The position numbers and the translations under genes were made by a program. A stretch of 26,337 nt of DNA from a virus (taxonomy: Duplodnaviria; Caudoviricetes), in IMG/VR virus record IMGVR_UViG_3300044831_000083, positions 1-26,337 of that record; one strand, 5' to 3'. Shown piece by piece: positions 1 through 9,215 of the stretch (positions are counted from its first letter, which is position 1; every line of letters begins with the position of its first letter). The notes beneath the pieces were generated by a model. It searched no databases, was not told where the DNA came from, and saw only the letters and a list, made by a program, of their open reading frames with translations.

Positions 1-3000
1 ATTGCTTGCCTGATTGGGGTTGGGCATTGTGCCCCTAACGACCGTAACTGTCGTACTTCCGCCCGTGCCGTCCCACAACAGATTTAGCGTGGTGCCGGGA
101 ACTGCCGACGCCCACTTAATAGAACCTTTCCACGAGGGCGGAATGTTGCCCAATCCCGGGCGATAGATGCCTGTGTTCAGGTCTATCGTGCCTGGGCCGC
201 TACCCGGCAGCACGAATGGAAATGCAGCGGCCTGGGATAGCGGCTGCGGCCTTCCACCCAATGTATTGAACGAACAGAATTTGAAAGTGATGGTCTTGCC
301 GTAATAACTCGGGTCGTACTGATACGTAAATGAGGCTTGATCCAGACGCGCAAACGTGTCGCCGATGTTATGAGGCACATTTTGCGTCCCCATCAACCCG
401 CGATGGAACGTGTCCAACTGGAATGTGTTTGCGCCGACCAGTGTTGAATTCTTGTAACTAAACAACTCGAACGCATTGTTGCCGTGTGCAGCATCCACAA
501 TCGCGCAAAGGCTGACACTTTGGTTGAAGTCGCTGGTGCTCATTGAAGGCAACTGAGAACCTGCGCTCGTCATTGCCACTTGGAAATTCGTCGGGTCTGG
601 ATCGGCTGCGAGCTGCGACACCGCCACATTGTCGAACCAAGCCGTGCCGCTTTGAATGCCTCCATATCCCAATTGGCAGTAAACGCGAATCGTTCCCGTT
701 CCAATTGGCTGGAAGATAGATGACACAAATGTCCAATCGTGCGCTGTATCATCGGCGAGAATTCCCACGTCTGGATGAGAGGGCGGCGAAAATGTACTAA
801 GCGCAGCAAAATCAGTCCCGGATTTGCTGAGGATTGTGAATCCTGTAACGCCGGAAACCGTATCCACGTTCAGCACGGCACCGAGACCAGGGTCTGCTGA
901 AGGCATCACACCTGTTTTTATCCATCCAGACAACTCGTACGTCGTGCCGCTCGTGACACTCAAGTCCTGATACGAAAAAGAGTCGTTGGCAATCGTGTTG
1001 ATGATCCTGAGACTGCGCGTTCCAAACCTCAATACAGTGCTGTCCGGCACAAGGTTGACTCCACTGCCGAACGTCCAGCCTGTGGCTTGAGAAAACAGAC
1101 TGCCTGTTTCACCATCGCCATTCGTGATGAGATTGGTCGGTGCCCAAGTGGTGATGAGAGTTCCCAAACGTGCAGGGTTGAGGATTGGTGGGCCAAACGG
1201 CTGATAAGTGATGCCATCAAAGCTGGTGAACGGCTGGCATCCTCCCCAATCTGGCGAATTACCCGTTACGAAGCCAAAAAGGATATTGCCCTGCTGCAAC
1301 CCAAGACGGCTCGGTGCTTCGAATATCAGTGCTGTCGTATTGCCCGGGTCGGCCTGTCCTGCGTTCGGTTTGAAACCCACGCCTGTCTGCTTTGCATAGA
1401 GCGTTGGCTGTGCTGTCCCCCAAGGGAATTCTTCCGCAGTGATTTCCAAACCATTTTCGTCTGGGTGATCGACAATCTGTTGAATGCGAACGGGCAACTT
1501 CGTCCAGCCCAGTTCGGGAACCGTGATGGTGACCAAGTCCATTGGTTCCAAGTACGAGTAATTGTGGGTGATGCTGAAGGTGTACTGAGCGCGGATGTTC
1601 ACCGAACGCTTCACGCGCAAGTTTCCAGCAAACTGTGCGGCTGCCAATGTGCAGATAAAGTCCCAGCTCTGTGGGTCTTCAGTGCGCAGGCCATAACGCT
1701 GAATGGCAGCGTCGTCTTGCTCGGTTGTAACCTCTGAGTTGTAGCCGTTCAGGCGGTTCGTCCAGGTGATCTGAACTTTATTGTTGGCGTCCTGCCAAGC
1801 AGTCCGGGTAACCTTCACTCCCGCGCCAAGGAAATCATCGTCGGTCAGATCGACGACAGGCTGCGTGTTGGGAACATAAATCTGGCCATTGGCGGCGGCT
1901 GATGTATCGCCATACGGAACCAACTTGAGCTGTCCTTCACTCCAGAATGCCGCCGTCATACCGGCTTCAAGAATGCTTCCAATGACCGACGCGACCGGTG
2001 TCTGCGAATTAATCAGGGGAGAGACAAAGAAGTTGTTCGCGATCCAGAAATTCGACGCCTGAGTCCAATCGCCAAAAGCCGAGGTTGGAAAGCCGTTGCC
2101 AAAGAACGGATCGGACAATAGGGCTCCAATGCAATCGGCCGGATCGCAGTCAACGTTGCCAGCCCCGAACTGATACGGGCCTGCAATCTCGAACGCGTAA
2201 TTCGGCAATTCCCCGTTGCTGCCCAAATCCATTGCGCTGCTGGCGACAATGGCAGTTTCGGTGTAGCCAATGGCTGCTTCAGGATGACGCGAAGACAGAT
2301 AAGACCAAACGGTTTGGCCCTTGGCTCCATTCAGCAGCGTGATGTTGAGAGCAGTCTGGGCGTCTGAGTTCTGGTTCTGCGTGTTCGTGACGTAGCTGAT
2401 CTGAACCTGCTTCGTCGTATCAGCAGCAGCAAAGGTATAGAGACCGCCACCCGTGGCCGTGTACTGTCCCGCGCTGGGAGACGATGCAACCTTGGTAAGC
2501 GTCGCGCCGGATGGGTAAAACACCACTCCGCTGTCTTGCAGAAAGTCGGCTGAGTCCTGTACAAGAATCTGAAACGGTGTGCTCGGGATCGTCGCAGTCT
2601 CAACATTGTTTATGTTGAGCAGGTTGTAGGAATAAGTGATGTTGACGGTCTTCCCACCATCGGCTGCATGAAATGTGTAAATGCCAGTTGAAGGGTTGAC
2701 GGTGTACTGTCCTGCGCCAGCTCCGACCTTCATGGGAACCTGATAAGTGCCTGAAAGCGTGACCGGACCCGGTGAGCCGAAATCATTTACGACCTGGCTG
2801 TAGCTCTGTCCAAAGCCCACTCCCATGTCACCTTTGAACAATCCGTGATTGGTGACCGTGTACGTGCCACCACCCGGTGGGATCGTGAAGCCTTCAGTAA
2901 CGTTGGTCTGGCTGAACCTGCCCTTGGTGTCCCAAACACTCACGATGCCCGAGACTGGGCCAGAGCAAAGCGCGCCCATTGTTGCGGCTGTGTAGGTGTA

Positions 3001-3252
3001 GGTTGTATTTGTCTGGGCTGAACCGCCGCCACCGCCCAAACCCTTGCCGCCACCGCCGCCGGATGCAGTCTGTTGAACGTGCGGAATCGCTGTGAAGTCG
3101 GTGTAATAGATGAGAGATTGCGATAGACGACGCTGGCCCAAGAGGATAGGCAGAGCACTGCCGTTCACCGCCTGGGTGATGTTGATGCCAGCGAGTTTTG
3201 TTGGTGGTGTTTGAGCCGGTGCTTTCGGCTTCTTTCCGAATAATAATGACAT
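1..3252 (-). CDS. Central tail tip / host-specificity protein (phage tail protein, RcGTA g15 / lambda J-like position); partial, >1084 aa, runs off the left edge
   Basis: Manual translation from ATG 3252 (MSLLFGKKPKAPAQ...) is open to base 1. Typical motifs: GGGKGLGGGGG..TTYTYTA..GALCSGPVSGIVSVWDTKG, DLGSNGELPNYAFEI, FWSEGQLKLVPYGD, YLEPMDLVTI, DWGGCQ, HRGLMGT, FARLDQ, FKFCSFN. Directly follows the NlpC/P60 gene. Missing from the ORF track because there is no stop codon in the window. Confidence 0.92.
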   Translation of the reverse strand, partial: MSLLFGKKPKAPAQTPPTKLAGINITQAVNGSALPILLGQRRLSQSLIYYTDFTAIPHVQQTASGGGGGKGLGGGGGSAQTNTTYTYTAATMGALCSGPVSGIVSVWDTKGRFSQTNVTEGFTIPPGGGTYTVTNHGLFKGDMGVGFGQSYSQVVNDFGSPGPVTLSGTYQVPMKVGAGAGQYTVNPSTGIYTFHAADGGKTVNITYSYNLLNINNVETATIPSTPFQILVQDSADFLQDSGVVFYPSGATLTKVASSPSAGQYTATGGGLYTFAAADTTKQVQISYVTNTQNQNSDAQTALNITLLNGAKGQTVWSYLSSRHPEAAIGYTETAIVASSAMDLGSNGELPNYAFEIAGPYQFGAGNVDCDPADCIGALLSDPFFGNGFPTSAFGDWTQASNFWIANNFFVSPLINSQTPVASVIGSILEAGMTAAFWSEGQLKLVPYGDTSAAANGQIYVPNTQPVVDLTDDDFLGAGVKVTRTAWQDANNKVQITWTNRLNGYNSEVTTEQDDAAIQRYGLRTEDPQSWDFICTLAAAQFAGNLRVKRSVNIRAQYTFSITHNYSYLEPMDLVTITVPELGWTKLPVRIQQIVDHPDENGLEITAEEFPWGTAQPTLYAKQTGVGFKPNAGQADPGNTTALIFEAPSRLGLQQGNILFGFVTGNSPDWGGCQPFTSFDGITYQPFGPPILNPARLGTLITTWAPTNLITNGDGETGSLFSQATGWTFGSGVNLVPDSTVLRFGTRSLRIINTIANDSFSYQDLSVTSGTTYELSGWIKTGVMPSADPGLGAVLNVDTVSGVTGFTILSKSGTDFAALSTFSPPSHPDVGILADDTAHDWTFVSSIFQPIGTGTIRVYCQLGYGGIQSGTAWFDNVAVSQLAADPDPTNFQVAMTSAGSQLPSMSTSDFNQSVSLCAIVDAAHGNNAFELFSYKNSTLVGANTFQLDTFHRGLMGTQNVPHNIGDTFARLDQASFTYQYDPSYYGKTITFKFCSFNTLGGRPQPLSQAAAFPFVLPGSGPGTIDLNTGIYRPGLGNIPPSWKGSIKWASAVPGTTLNLLWDGTGGSTTVTVVRGTMPNPNQASN

Positions 3253-3253
3253 G

Positions 3254-3697
3254 CTACTTCAGCCTGAAAAAGAGGCGAGGGCGATTCTTCAAAGTCGAAT
3301 CCTGTTGAAAATCTGAATAGATAACGCCAATGCGGTTTACCGCGTGGGCAATGGTGGAACCTTCAAGGATGATTCCCGAGTGTGCGAAGGCATGGGCAAC
3401 ACGGAACAGTACGAGGTCACCGGGCTGGGCTTCGGCTTCGGGTATTTCTTCTGCGTGTTGGCGAACCGTATCGATGTATTGCGTCGTGACAGTCTCTTTA
3501 TGTAGGTGCGCTTGGACTGAGTAATTGCCAAGATCAACCTCAGGCACGAGACCCAGTTCTCTGTAAACGCACAGGACGAAGGTGGCGCAATCGCAGCCGA
3601 CCCCTTTCAGTTGGCCTTGGGCAATGTACGGAGTCTTTGCCAGCACCCATTCTTTGGCTGTCTGGACGATCTGTTCGCGTTGTTCTTGTGTGGGCAT
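3254..3697 (-). CDS. NlpC/P60 family tail-associated peptidase (147 aa)
   Basis: TPYIAQGQLKGVGCDCATFV (catalytic Cys), PGDLVLF, AHSGII and IAHA (His residues). Start moved to ATG 3697, just after the upstream stop at 3700. Confidence 0.9.
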   Translation of the reverse strand: MPTQEQREQIVQTAKEWVLAKTPYIAQGQLKGVGCDCATFVLCVYRELGLVPEVDLGNYSVQAHLHKETVTTQYIDTVRQHAEEIPEAEAQPGDLVLFRVAHAFAHSGIILEGSTIAHAVNRIGVIYSDFQQDSTLKNRPRLFFRLK

Positions 3698-3699
3698 AA

Positions 3700-4641
3700 T
3701 TACAAAACCGTTTCGGGCTGCGGAATGAACTGGAACCCGCCGTAGTGAATGCTGTTTGAAAATGTGTTCTGGCAAGTGCTGAACAGCAGATCGCACCCGG
3801 GCTGAACCGTCATCTGGTCGCTGACTTGGATCGGAAGAATGAAGGGTGCGTCCAGCACGAATTGAGTCGTGCTGTTCTGCTGCTTGATCTTTGCGGCCAT
3901 GCCCGTGTTTTGACCGCTCGTGAACTTCACAACTCCGAGGGCGTAAGGCAGCGGATTGGTTCCGACCGAAGGCAATGCCGCGGTCGTGTTAATGGTTAGA
4001 TTGGTTGAACCGCTGGCGACCTGGGCCGCAACCTGAAAGCTGGCAGAACTCAATGCACAGTGCTGGTCGAACAGCGTGAAGCGGCAAGGCGACTGAATAA
4101 TGTTGGGCGGTGTCGCAAGGTTTAGGCGATACAAAAGATCGGCAACAGTGAAGGTGCATTTGCTACGGGTGAGGCTGTCAACGTTCGTGATCTCACCCAT
4201 GAACTTAATTTCAAAACCCAAGCTGGTGTCGAAGCCGTTCGGGTGGGGGTTGGGCGTTACAGCGTTCAATGGGGAATAAGCCGTATAGACCCACACCTGC
4301 GCTTTGTCGAACAAGCCCGTGCTGACGGTCTGGAAAAGTGGAACGTTGGTGCCGGGAAAGAAAACCTGCGTGTCGTTGGGGATCGAGACCGACAAACTCA
4401 TCGTCTGCGATGCAAGATTGCCCATCATGGCCGTGCTGGTGATGTCACCGCGAGACCAAGAACCATATCGGGTGGCATAGAACGTAGTTGGCGGTGTGCC
4501 GGCATTCGCGGCATCCAACTGCCAGGTCGTGGCGGTGATGCTCTGCCCGTTGGTCAGGTTCACGAGGAACAGGTCTGCGCGCTGGTATTCCTGATGACTT
4601 TGTAAAAACGCTTTGAGTGTGTCTGGTAACTGTTTCTTCAT
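3700..4641 (-). CDS. Baseplate hub / tail tip protein, DUF2163-BR0599 type (lambda gpL-like)
   Basis: Four conserved Cys in QSPCRFTLFDQHC and PGCDLLFSTC, C-terminal YGGFQFIPQPE, and position between DUF2460 and NlpC/P60. Confidence 0.88.
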   Translation of the reverse strand: MKKQLPDTLKAFLQSHQEYQRADLFLVNLTNGQSITATTWQLDAANAGTPPTTFYATRYGSWSRGDITSTAMMGNLASQTMSLSVSIPNDTQVFFPGTNVPLFQTVSTGLFDKAQVWVYTAYSPLNAVTPNPHPNGFDTSLGFEIKFMGEITNVDSLTRSKCTFTVADLLYRLNLATPPNIIQSPCRFTLFDQHCALSSASFQVAAQVASGSTNLTINTTAALPSVGTNPLPYALGVVKFTSGQNTGMAAKIKQQNSTTQFVLDAPFILPIQVSDQMTVQPGCDLLFSTCQNTFSNSIHYGGFQFIPQPETVL

Positions 4642-4651
4642 TCTCCTTTCC

Positions 4652-5275
4652 CTACAAAATGATTGATTGGAATTTGACCTGGGCTATCTGCCACACATTG
4701 GTGAAAATCTGCGAGAGGTCGCTTAGGCTGTCATCGGAAAACCGACAACGAAAGTAATAACCGCCACTCCAAGCTAGGACTACGCCGTTCGCCGGAGCTG
4801 ACGTAAACGTGATGACTCCCTGCGTGGTCATGCTGAAAGCAGCGGTCGGTGCTCCGTTGACGTAAATGACTGGCGTTCCGTTCGCGTTCTGAATGATGTC
4901 GGCATAGTTGCCGATTGGTCTCGTGAGCTGAAACACTTTGGTAGAGCCGTCACCAAGTCCGAACGTCGCTGGTGCAGTGGACGCAATGATATTGTCGTGC
5001 GGATCATTGAACAGCCACGAATTCGCCTGTCCCTGCATCTGCATGTAGAAGCCGACGAGCTGATTCAAATAAGAGGTAGCATCGTTAAACGTTCCCTTCA
5101 GAAGCGGGAAGGTCAGATCGAAGCTCCATGTGCAATAAGGAGTCGTGCTGATGCGGGTCTCGCCACGTCTCGAAACCGGAGTCTCAATGAGCGTGTTAAA
5201 TTGCGGAGACTTCTTGATCGGCCAGCCACGGGAACCAGCAGGATATGTTGGAAGAGGTAAAACACTGTTCGACAT
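4652..5275 (-). CDS. Distal tail protein, DUF2460 family
   Basis: GWPIKKSPQFNT..GETR, WLFNDPHD, FGLGDGSTKVFQLTR, GVITFTSAPANG, YYFRCRFSDD; lies immediately after the tape measure gene. Confidence 0.88.
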   Translation of the reverse strand: MSNSVLPLPTYPAGSRGWPIKKSPQFNTLIETPVSRRGETRISTTPYCTWSFDLTFPLLKGTFNDATSYLNQLVGFYMQMQGQANSWLFNDPHDNIIASTAPATFGLGDGSTKVFQLTRPIGNYADIIQNANGTPVIYVNGAPTAAFSMTTQGVITFTSAPANGVVLAWSGGYYFRCRFSDDSLSDLSQIFTNVWQIAQVKFQSIIL

Positions 5276-5281
5276 CGCCGG

Positions 5282-7822
5282 TTACACCATGTTCTGACTC
5301 CTTAATTGGGATTGGGCTTTCTTGAAGAACCTGTCACCGTGGCGTTCGAGGATGCGATCCATCCCTTCAGCATCAACGGCATGAATGGTCGGAGCGAACA
5401 CAAGATGGCTCGGTTGGCTTTGTGCGTTACCTGATTGACTGCCCACCGACTTCACAATGAAACTGCTTATGTTGCGAGGCAAAATCATTTCTTCTGGGTG
5501 AGTTCGCACATTCATCTCACGGTTAGGCAACAAGGCACCACGGGATGCGGCTGCATCAGCCACAAACGCTTCACCCGCAGCCATAACAGACGCGGCGGCT
5601 GGAATGTTCCCGGGAAACGGAACATCTGCAAGCGTATTGGCTGCTGCGGTTGCCGTGGATGATTGTGCCTCTGCAACGTTGCCCGTTATCTGGGCGTCTG
5701 TGTGGATACCCAATGCAGCTAGAGCGGAGGCGAAAAAACTGTTGTCTGTTGCTGCCATGAAAAGTTTTGACTCGACATATTGCAGTGCAACTTTGATGGT
5801 GTCCCCGATCATGCTTTGGGCCATGCTGCGGAAATCTGCCTTCCCTGTCGTTGCCAGCTGCGCCAGATTGTTGTTCATGCTAGCCACACCTTGCTTGAAG
5901 GTGTTGGCCAGTCCGACTTGCCACTGCTTGCCTTCCTGGGCCATTTGGAGCAAGGTGCCTTTGAAAACATTGCCGAGTTTGGCGGTGGCGACTAGCTGTG
6001 CCGCGATGTCCTGTTCGCGCTGCAACTGGTCTTGATGCAACTGCGCATCGATTGCGAGTGTGCTCTTGCCCTGAGATTGCGCAACACTACGTAGTTTTTC
6101 GAGTGCCGCGATTTCACGGTCAATGGCTGCAAGGTGATTGCTCGACGCTACCTTTTGCGCAGCGGCCAGTTCGTCTTCGAGGTCTACCTGCTTGCGAATG
6201 GCGGTCTCTGCGGCTGTGTAATCAGCCATGCCGAGACCTTTATTGGCCTTCGCAAACTGCTGTAAACGCACCGCGACCTCTTGCTCCTTATTGAACTTGT
6301 CGTATGCCGAGGCACCGGCGAGGATTGAATCGATCTCTTTCTGGGAGACAAGTGGCGTTACCGTGAGCTGGTGGAGGGCAATGCGAGACGCGATCATCTC
6401 GTGAATGGACTTCATCGCCAGAGCGACTTGCTCGTTACCTTCTTTAGTGTTTCTGGCCTCGTTCTCTTTGAAGAGGTTTTCTTCAAAGGTCTTTGTAAGC
6501 TCTTTCTGTTTGTTCAGAGTGCTGGCGTAAGCGGAAATGATCTGAGTATCGTGAGTCGCCTGAAGGGCTTCGATCTGCTTGTTGGTCTGCGCAACGAGTG
6601 CGGGGTGACCGGCCTCAAGCGCCTTTATCTTCTGAAGGTGTGCCAGCTCTGCATTAAATTGTTTGTCCAGGGCGTTTTGCTGCAAAGCCGCTAGCTGGCC
6701 TGCGGTGATCTTGCCCTGCTGAAGTTGAAGTTCATAAGAAGCGATCTGTTCCTTGGTCTGGGCGTCAACGACTTTCTTGGACTCCGCGAATAACTTGTCC
6801 TGATAATCGATGTTGTCGTGCAGCTCTTGCAGGGCGGCCTCAGTGCGTCTCTGTCCATGGGTGATGAACGAATCGGTTATCTGCTTCTGGACGTTGTCAG
6901 CAACACTGAAGAGCGCCTGCTGGGCGGAGCGCTCGGCTGCGTGGTCTTTTTCCCTGGCTGCTAGGAAACGCGGGTCAGGGGCTTCATTGTGGATGTTTTG
7001 CTGAAACGTCTGGGCCTCGAATCGGGTCTTCTTGGTTGTGGCAGCATCCCATTCCTTGGCCAGTGTTCGGACGGCAGCTGCTGCCGTATCGACTTTATCC
7101 CTCAGCTGGGACAGGGCTGCATCCGGCGCTCCGTCAGTTGCAGCCTTATTGAATGCTTTTTGTGCCGTTTCCAGATCGGCTAGCTTGGATTTTGCTTGCT
7201 CTGTTCTCTCGTCGGTCTGCGGTGCACCGGTGATCGCGGAGTGCCACGAGCCTACTGACTGCTTCTCCAGAAGTTCAGTGATCTTGGTAATACTGTCGCC
7301 AAGTTCCTTATTCAGATTTACGGCAGCGGCTTTTGCCTGCTCCAGAGCCTCTTTGACTTTGTTCTGCGTGGGTCTTCCTTCCAGCACGGCTATGTGATCT
7401 GCCAGCTTGAGACGATCTGCCTCAAGAGAAGCCGTGTGCTTAGTCAGCGCCTCGGTAGCGTCGTCGAGGTCTTTCTTCTGCTTCTCTAGTTCCTCGCGGT
7501 GCTTCTGTGCCGCTTCCGTCGCATGGAAGAGGCCCATAGCAATAGCTGCAACAGCAGCCAGCGGGAACGCTGCTGCGAGAGCTGTCTGGATTCCTGGGAG
7601 TGTCGCGGCGAAGGCTGTCGCATGGCGGGGAAGGTGAATGCCAAGCATTTCGTCGATGAGCATTAGACTTCCGCGAGATTCATGCAAGTCGATGCCGTTA
7701 AAACTTTCCTGAATAGAACGCGCTGTGTTCTTTGCGTTTTGGCCAGACTTGCCAATAGGGCCATCAAACGATGCGGTGTTCGCAATGAGCGAGATTCGAA
7801 TTGTTCCTTGGTCTACGGACAT
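5282..7822 (-). CDS. Tail tape measure protein (846 aa)
   Basis: Long Ala/Gln/Lys-rich coiled-coil ORF. N-terminal GTIRISLIANTASF and C-terminal HPEEMILP...IHAVDAEG motifs. Follows the tail chaperone genes. Confidence 0.93.
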   Translation of the reverse strand: MSVDQGTIRISLIANTASFDGPIGKSGQNAKNTARSIQESFNGIDLHESRGSLMLIDEMLGIHLPRHATAFAATLPGIQTALAAAFPLAAVAAIAMGLFHATEAAQKHREELEKQKKDLDDATEALTKHTASLEADRLKLADHIAVLEGRPTQNKVKEALEQAKAAAVNLNKELGDSITKITELLEKQSVGSWHSAITGAPQTDERTEQAKSKLADLETAQKAFNKAATDGAPDAALSQLRDKVDTAAAAVRTLAKEWDAATTKKTRFEAQTFQQNIHNEAPDPRFLAAREKDHAAERSAQQALFSVADNVQKQITDSFITHGQRRTEAALQELHDNIDYQDKLFAESKKVVDAQTKEQIASYELQLQQGKITAGQLAALQQNALDKQFNAELAHLQKIKALEAGHPALVAQTNKQIEALQATHDTQIISAYASTLNKQKELTKTFEENLFKENEARNTKEGNEQVALAMKSIHEMIASRIALHQLTVTPLVSQKEIDSILAGASAYDKFNKEQEVAVRLQQFAKANKGLGMADYTAAETAIRKQVDLEDELAAAQKVASSNHLAAIDREIAALEKLRSVAQSQGKSTLAIDAQLHQDQLQREQDIAAQLVATAKLGNVFKGTLLQMAQEGKQWQVGLANTFKQGVASMNNNLAQLATTGKADFRSMAQSMIGDTIKVALQYVESKLFMAATDNSFFASALAALGIHTDAQITGNVAEAQSSTATAAANTLADVPFPGNIPAAASVMAAGEAFVADAAASRGALLPNREMNVRTHPEEMILPRNISSFIVKSVGSQSGNAQSQPSHLVFAPTIHAVDAEGMDRILERHGDRFFKKAQSQLRSQNMV

Positions 7823-8263
7823 TTACTCACCGAATACTTGGTCAACAATTTCTTCTGCGAACGGAACTCCTTTCTGTTGCAGGTTTGCTAGGCAATCGAT
7901 CCTTGCCTGCGGTAATCGTTCTGGACAGACTTGCTCCAGTTCGACACGCATCTTCTTGAACATCACAATCAGTTCGTCACGCTGGGTTTCATCGGCGGTC
8001 TTGCCAACGAAATCAAACGGGGTAATGTTGTGAGCGCCATTCGCGGCGGCGGTCATTGATGCGTTGATGCCAGCGAGAAATTGCTGGCGTTTGAATTCAA
8101 TCTGACGTTGTTCCCACAAATCCCAAAAGTCACCCGTGGTTAACTCGCCAAACTCCTCAATCGTGAGCCTGAACCAATATCTGGCGAAGACCCACATCTG
8201 TTTCAGTCCATGGGGTGCTTCTTCTAGGACTCTTGCGGTTGAGTGCTTGGCTGATCTTTTCCC
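7823..8263 (-). CDS. Tail assembly chaperone C-terminal extension (gpT-like), reached by -1 frameshift
   Basis: The -1 frame from the slippery site reads GKRSAKHSTARVLEEAPHGLKQ without a stop and runs into the listed ORF MWVFARYWFRLTIEEFGELTT (7823..8197). Its stop abuts the tape measure ATG. Confidence 0.8.
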   Translation of the reverse strand, partial: GKRSAKHSTARVLEEAPHGLKQMWVFARYWFRLTIEEFGELTTGDFWDLWEQRQIEFKRQQFLAGINASMTAAANGAHNITPFDFVGKTADETQRDELIVMFKKMRVELEQVCPERLPQARIDCLANLQQKGVPFAEEIVDQVFGE

Positions 8264-8619
8264 GGTGCTTTGTTCTCCTCGGCGGCTTTTTTCAGACGCT
8301 CAAGGACGCCGGGGAATGCCAACTCAAAAAGCAGGTTGTGGAGTGTAGGGGCATGTTCGGGGGTAAACCATGCAAACACTTCATCCAGCATGATGTTCGG
8401 ATGAAAGCGCTTGAGGGCGTACCAGCACAGCTTGGCTGTTTCCACTGCCGTCATGCCGACCCACGTCTGCGGCAAAGCAAAATCTTTGCCCAACGTTTCA
8501 TTGGCGTTGGCAATGGCGTTCATATCGAGCGCCAGCTTGTATTTCTTTGTTCCGTCGTCGGTCTCAACTTCGAGATTCGAGACGTTCATTACGGCTTTCT
8601 TCAATACCTGATAATCCAT
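8224..8619 (-). CDS. Tail assembly chaperone (gpG-like)
   Basis: Lies between tail tube and tape measure genes; YKLALDMNAIANANETLGKD motif; contains the slippery site. Start uncertain (ATG 8619 chosen). Confidence 0.8.
   Translation of the reverse strand: MDYQVLKKAVMNVSNLEVETDDGTKKYKLALDMNAIANANETLGKDFALPQTWVGMTAVETAKLCWYALKRFHPNIMLDEVFAWFTPEHAPTLHNLLFELAFPGVLERLKKAAEENKAPGKDQPSTQPQES
8257..8263 (-). other. Programmed -1 ribosomal frameshift site G-GGA-AAA
   Basis: Minus strand reads CCG GGA AAA GAT near the 3' end of the chaperone ORF: an X-XXY-YYZ heptamer in the correct phase, analogous to lambda G-T GGGAAAG. Confidence 0.85.
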
Positions 8620-8682
8620 AAATGCCTGCATGGGAGGGACAGGACACACCTGCCCCTCGCTGAGATAACGCAACCGAACCGA

Positions 8683-9123
8683 TTAGGCCAAAGTCAGAGG
8701 CCCGCTGATCTTGATCTTCACGCTCAATTCTGTTTCTTTGTCGAGCGTGATCTTGGTTTCGAAAGTGGTGATGATGCCAGCGAACGTGTAGGTCAGGAAG
8801 CCGGATGGGTTCACAACTTTGAAATTGTGCGTGGCGGCTGTCCCCTGTGCGAGAGAAGCGGTTCTCAGAGCAGCATGTGTGGTGTCGGCAGGGTTATAAA
8901 TAATGCTGATTGAAACGTCACCGTGATCTTGCAGAGTGGCGATATATCTACGGACTCCGTCCGTGTTGTCTGCGCTGGTGACTTCTGGCGTGTCAACTTT
9001 GAAGCTGCCAAGGTCAACCGACTTAACCTGGGTAATGGTGGTAAATGTCCCAGACCCTAAAGTTGTTTCAAGCTGGAATTGACCACCCGTCAAAGTAAAT
9101 GTTGCGGCTGTTACGTTGCTCAT
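8683..9123 (-). CDS. Major tail (tube) protein, 146 aa
   Basis: Thr-rich; DTPEVTSADNTDGVRRYIATLQDHGDVSISIIYNPADTTH, YTFAGIITTF, SVKIKISGP; SD GAGGT; canonical position. Confidence 0.9.
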   Translation of the reverse strand: MSNVTAATFTLTGGQFQLETTLGSGTFTTITQVKSVDLGSFKVDTPEVTSADNTDGVRRYIATLQDHGDVSISIIYNPADTTHAALRTASLAQGTAATHNFKVVNPSGFLTYTFAGIITTFETKITLDKETELSVKIKISGPLTLA

Positions 9124-9153
9124 TGCGTGTTACCTCATGCGTTCCTCCTTTCT
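9118..9153 (-). promoter_or_regulatory. Tandem SD / Met-Arg-stop minigene cassette, copy 1
   Basis: Minus strand AGAAAGGAG-gaacgc-ATGAGGTAA-CACGCA-ATGAGC; near-identical to 18568..18604. Confidence 0.55.
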
Positions 9154-9215
9154 TTTTTGGGAACGAAAGCCGTTTTAAGCGGAACGGCAACGCTAAGTTG
9201 ATCGAATCGAACAGG

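Noticed and set aside
1087-1737. 216-aa plus-strand ORF and other short ORFs within 1-3252
   Set aside because: Shadows of the continuous minus-strand tail protein frame, which carries recognisable motifs throughout.
3022-3060. GCC/ACC-rich short repeats
   Set aside because: They encode the GGGGGKGLGGGGG linker typical of this tail protein family; not a separate repeat element.
3698-3796. N-terminal extension of the NlpC/P60 ORF in the track
   Set aside because: Overlaps the hub gene; ATG 3697 gives a normal-length protein.
8215-8913. 232-aa plus-strand ORF
   Set aside because: Antisense to the tail tube and chaperone genes, with no recognisable motifs.
9169-9188. Hairpin GCCGTT/AACGGC upstream of the tail tube gene as a terminator
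   Set aside because: Only a 6-bp stem with three U residues, in mid-operon; too weak to call.
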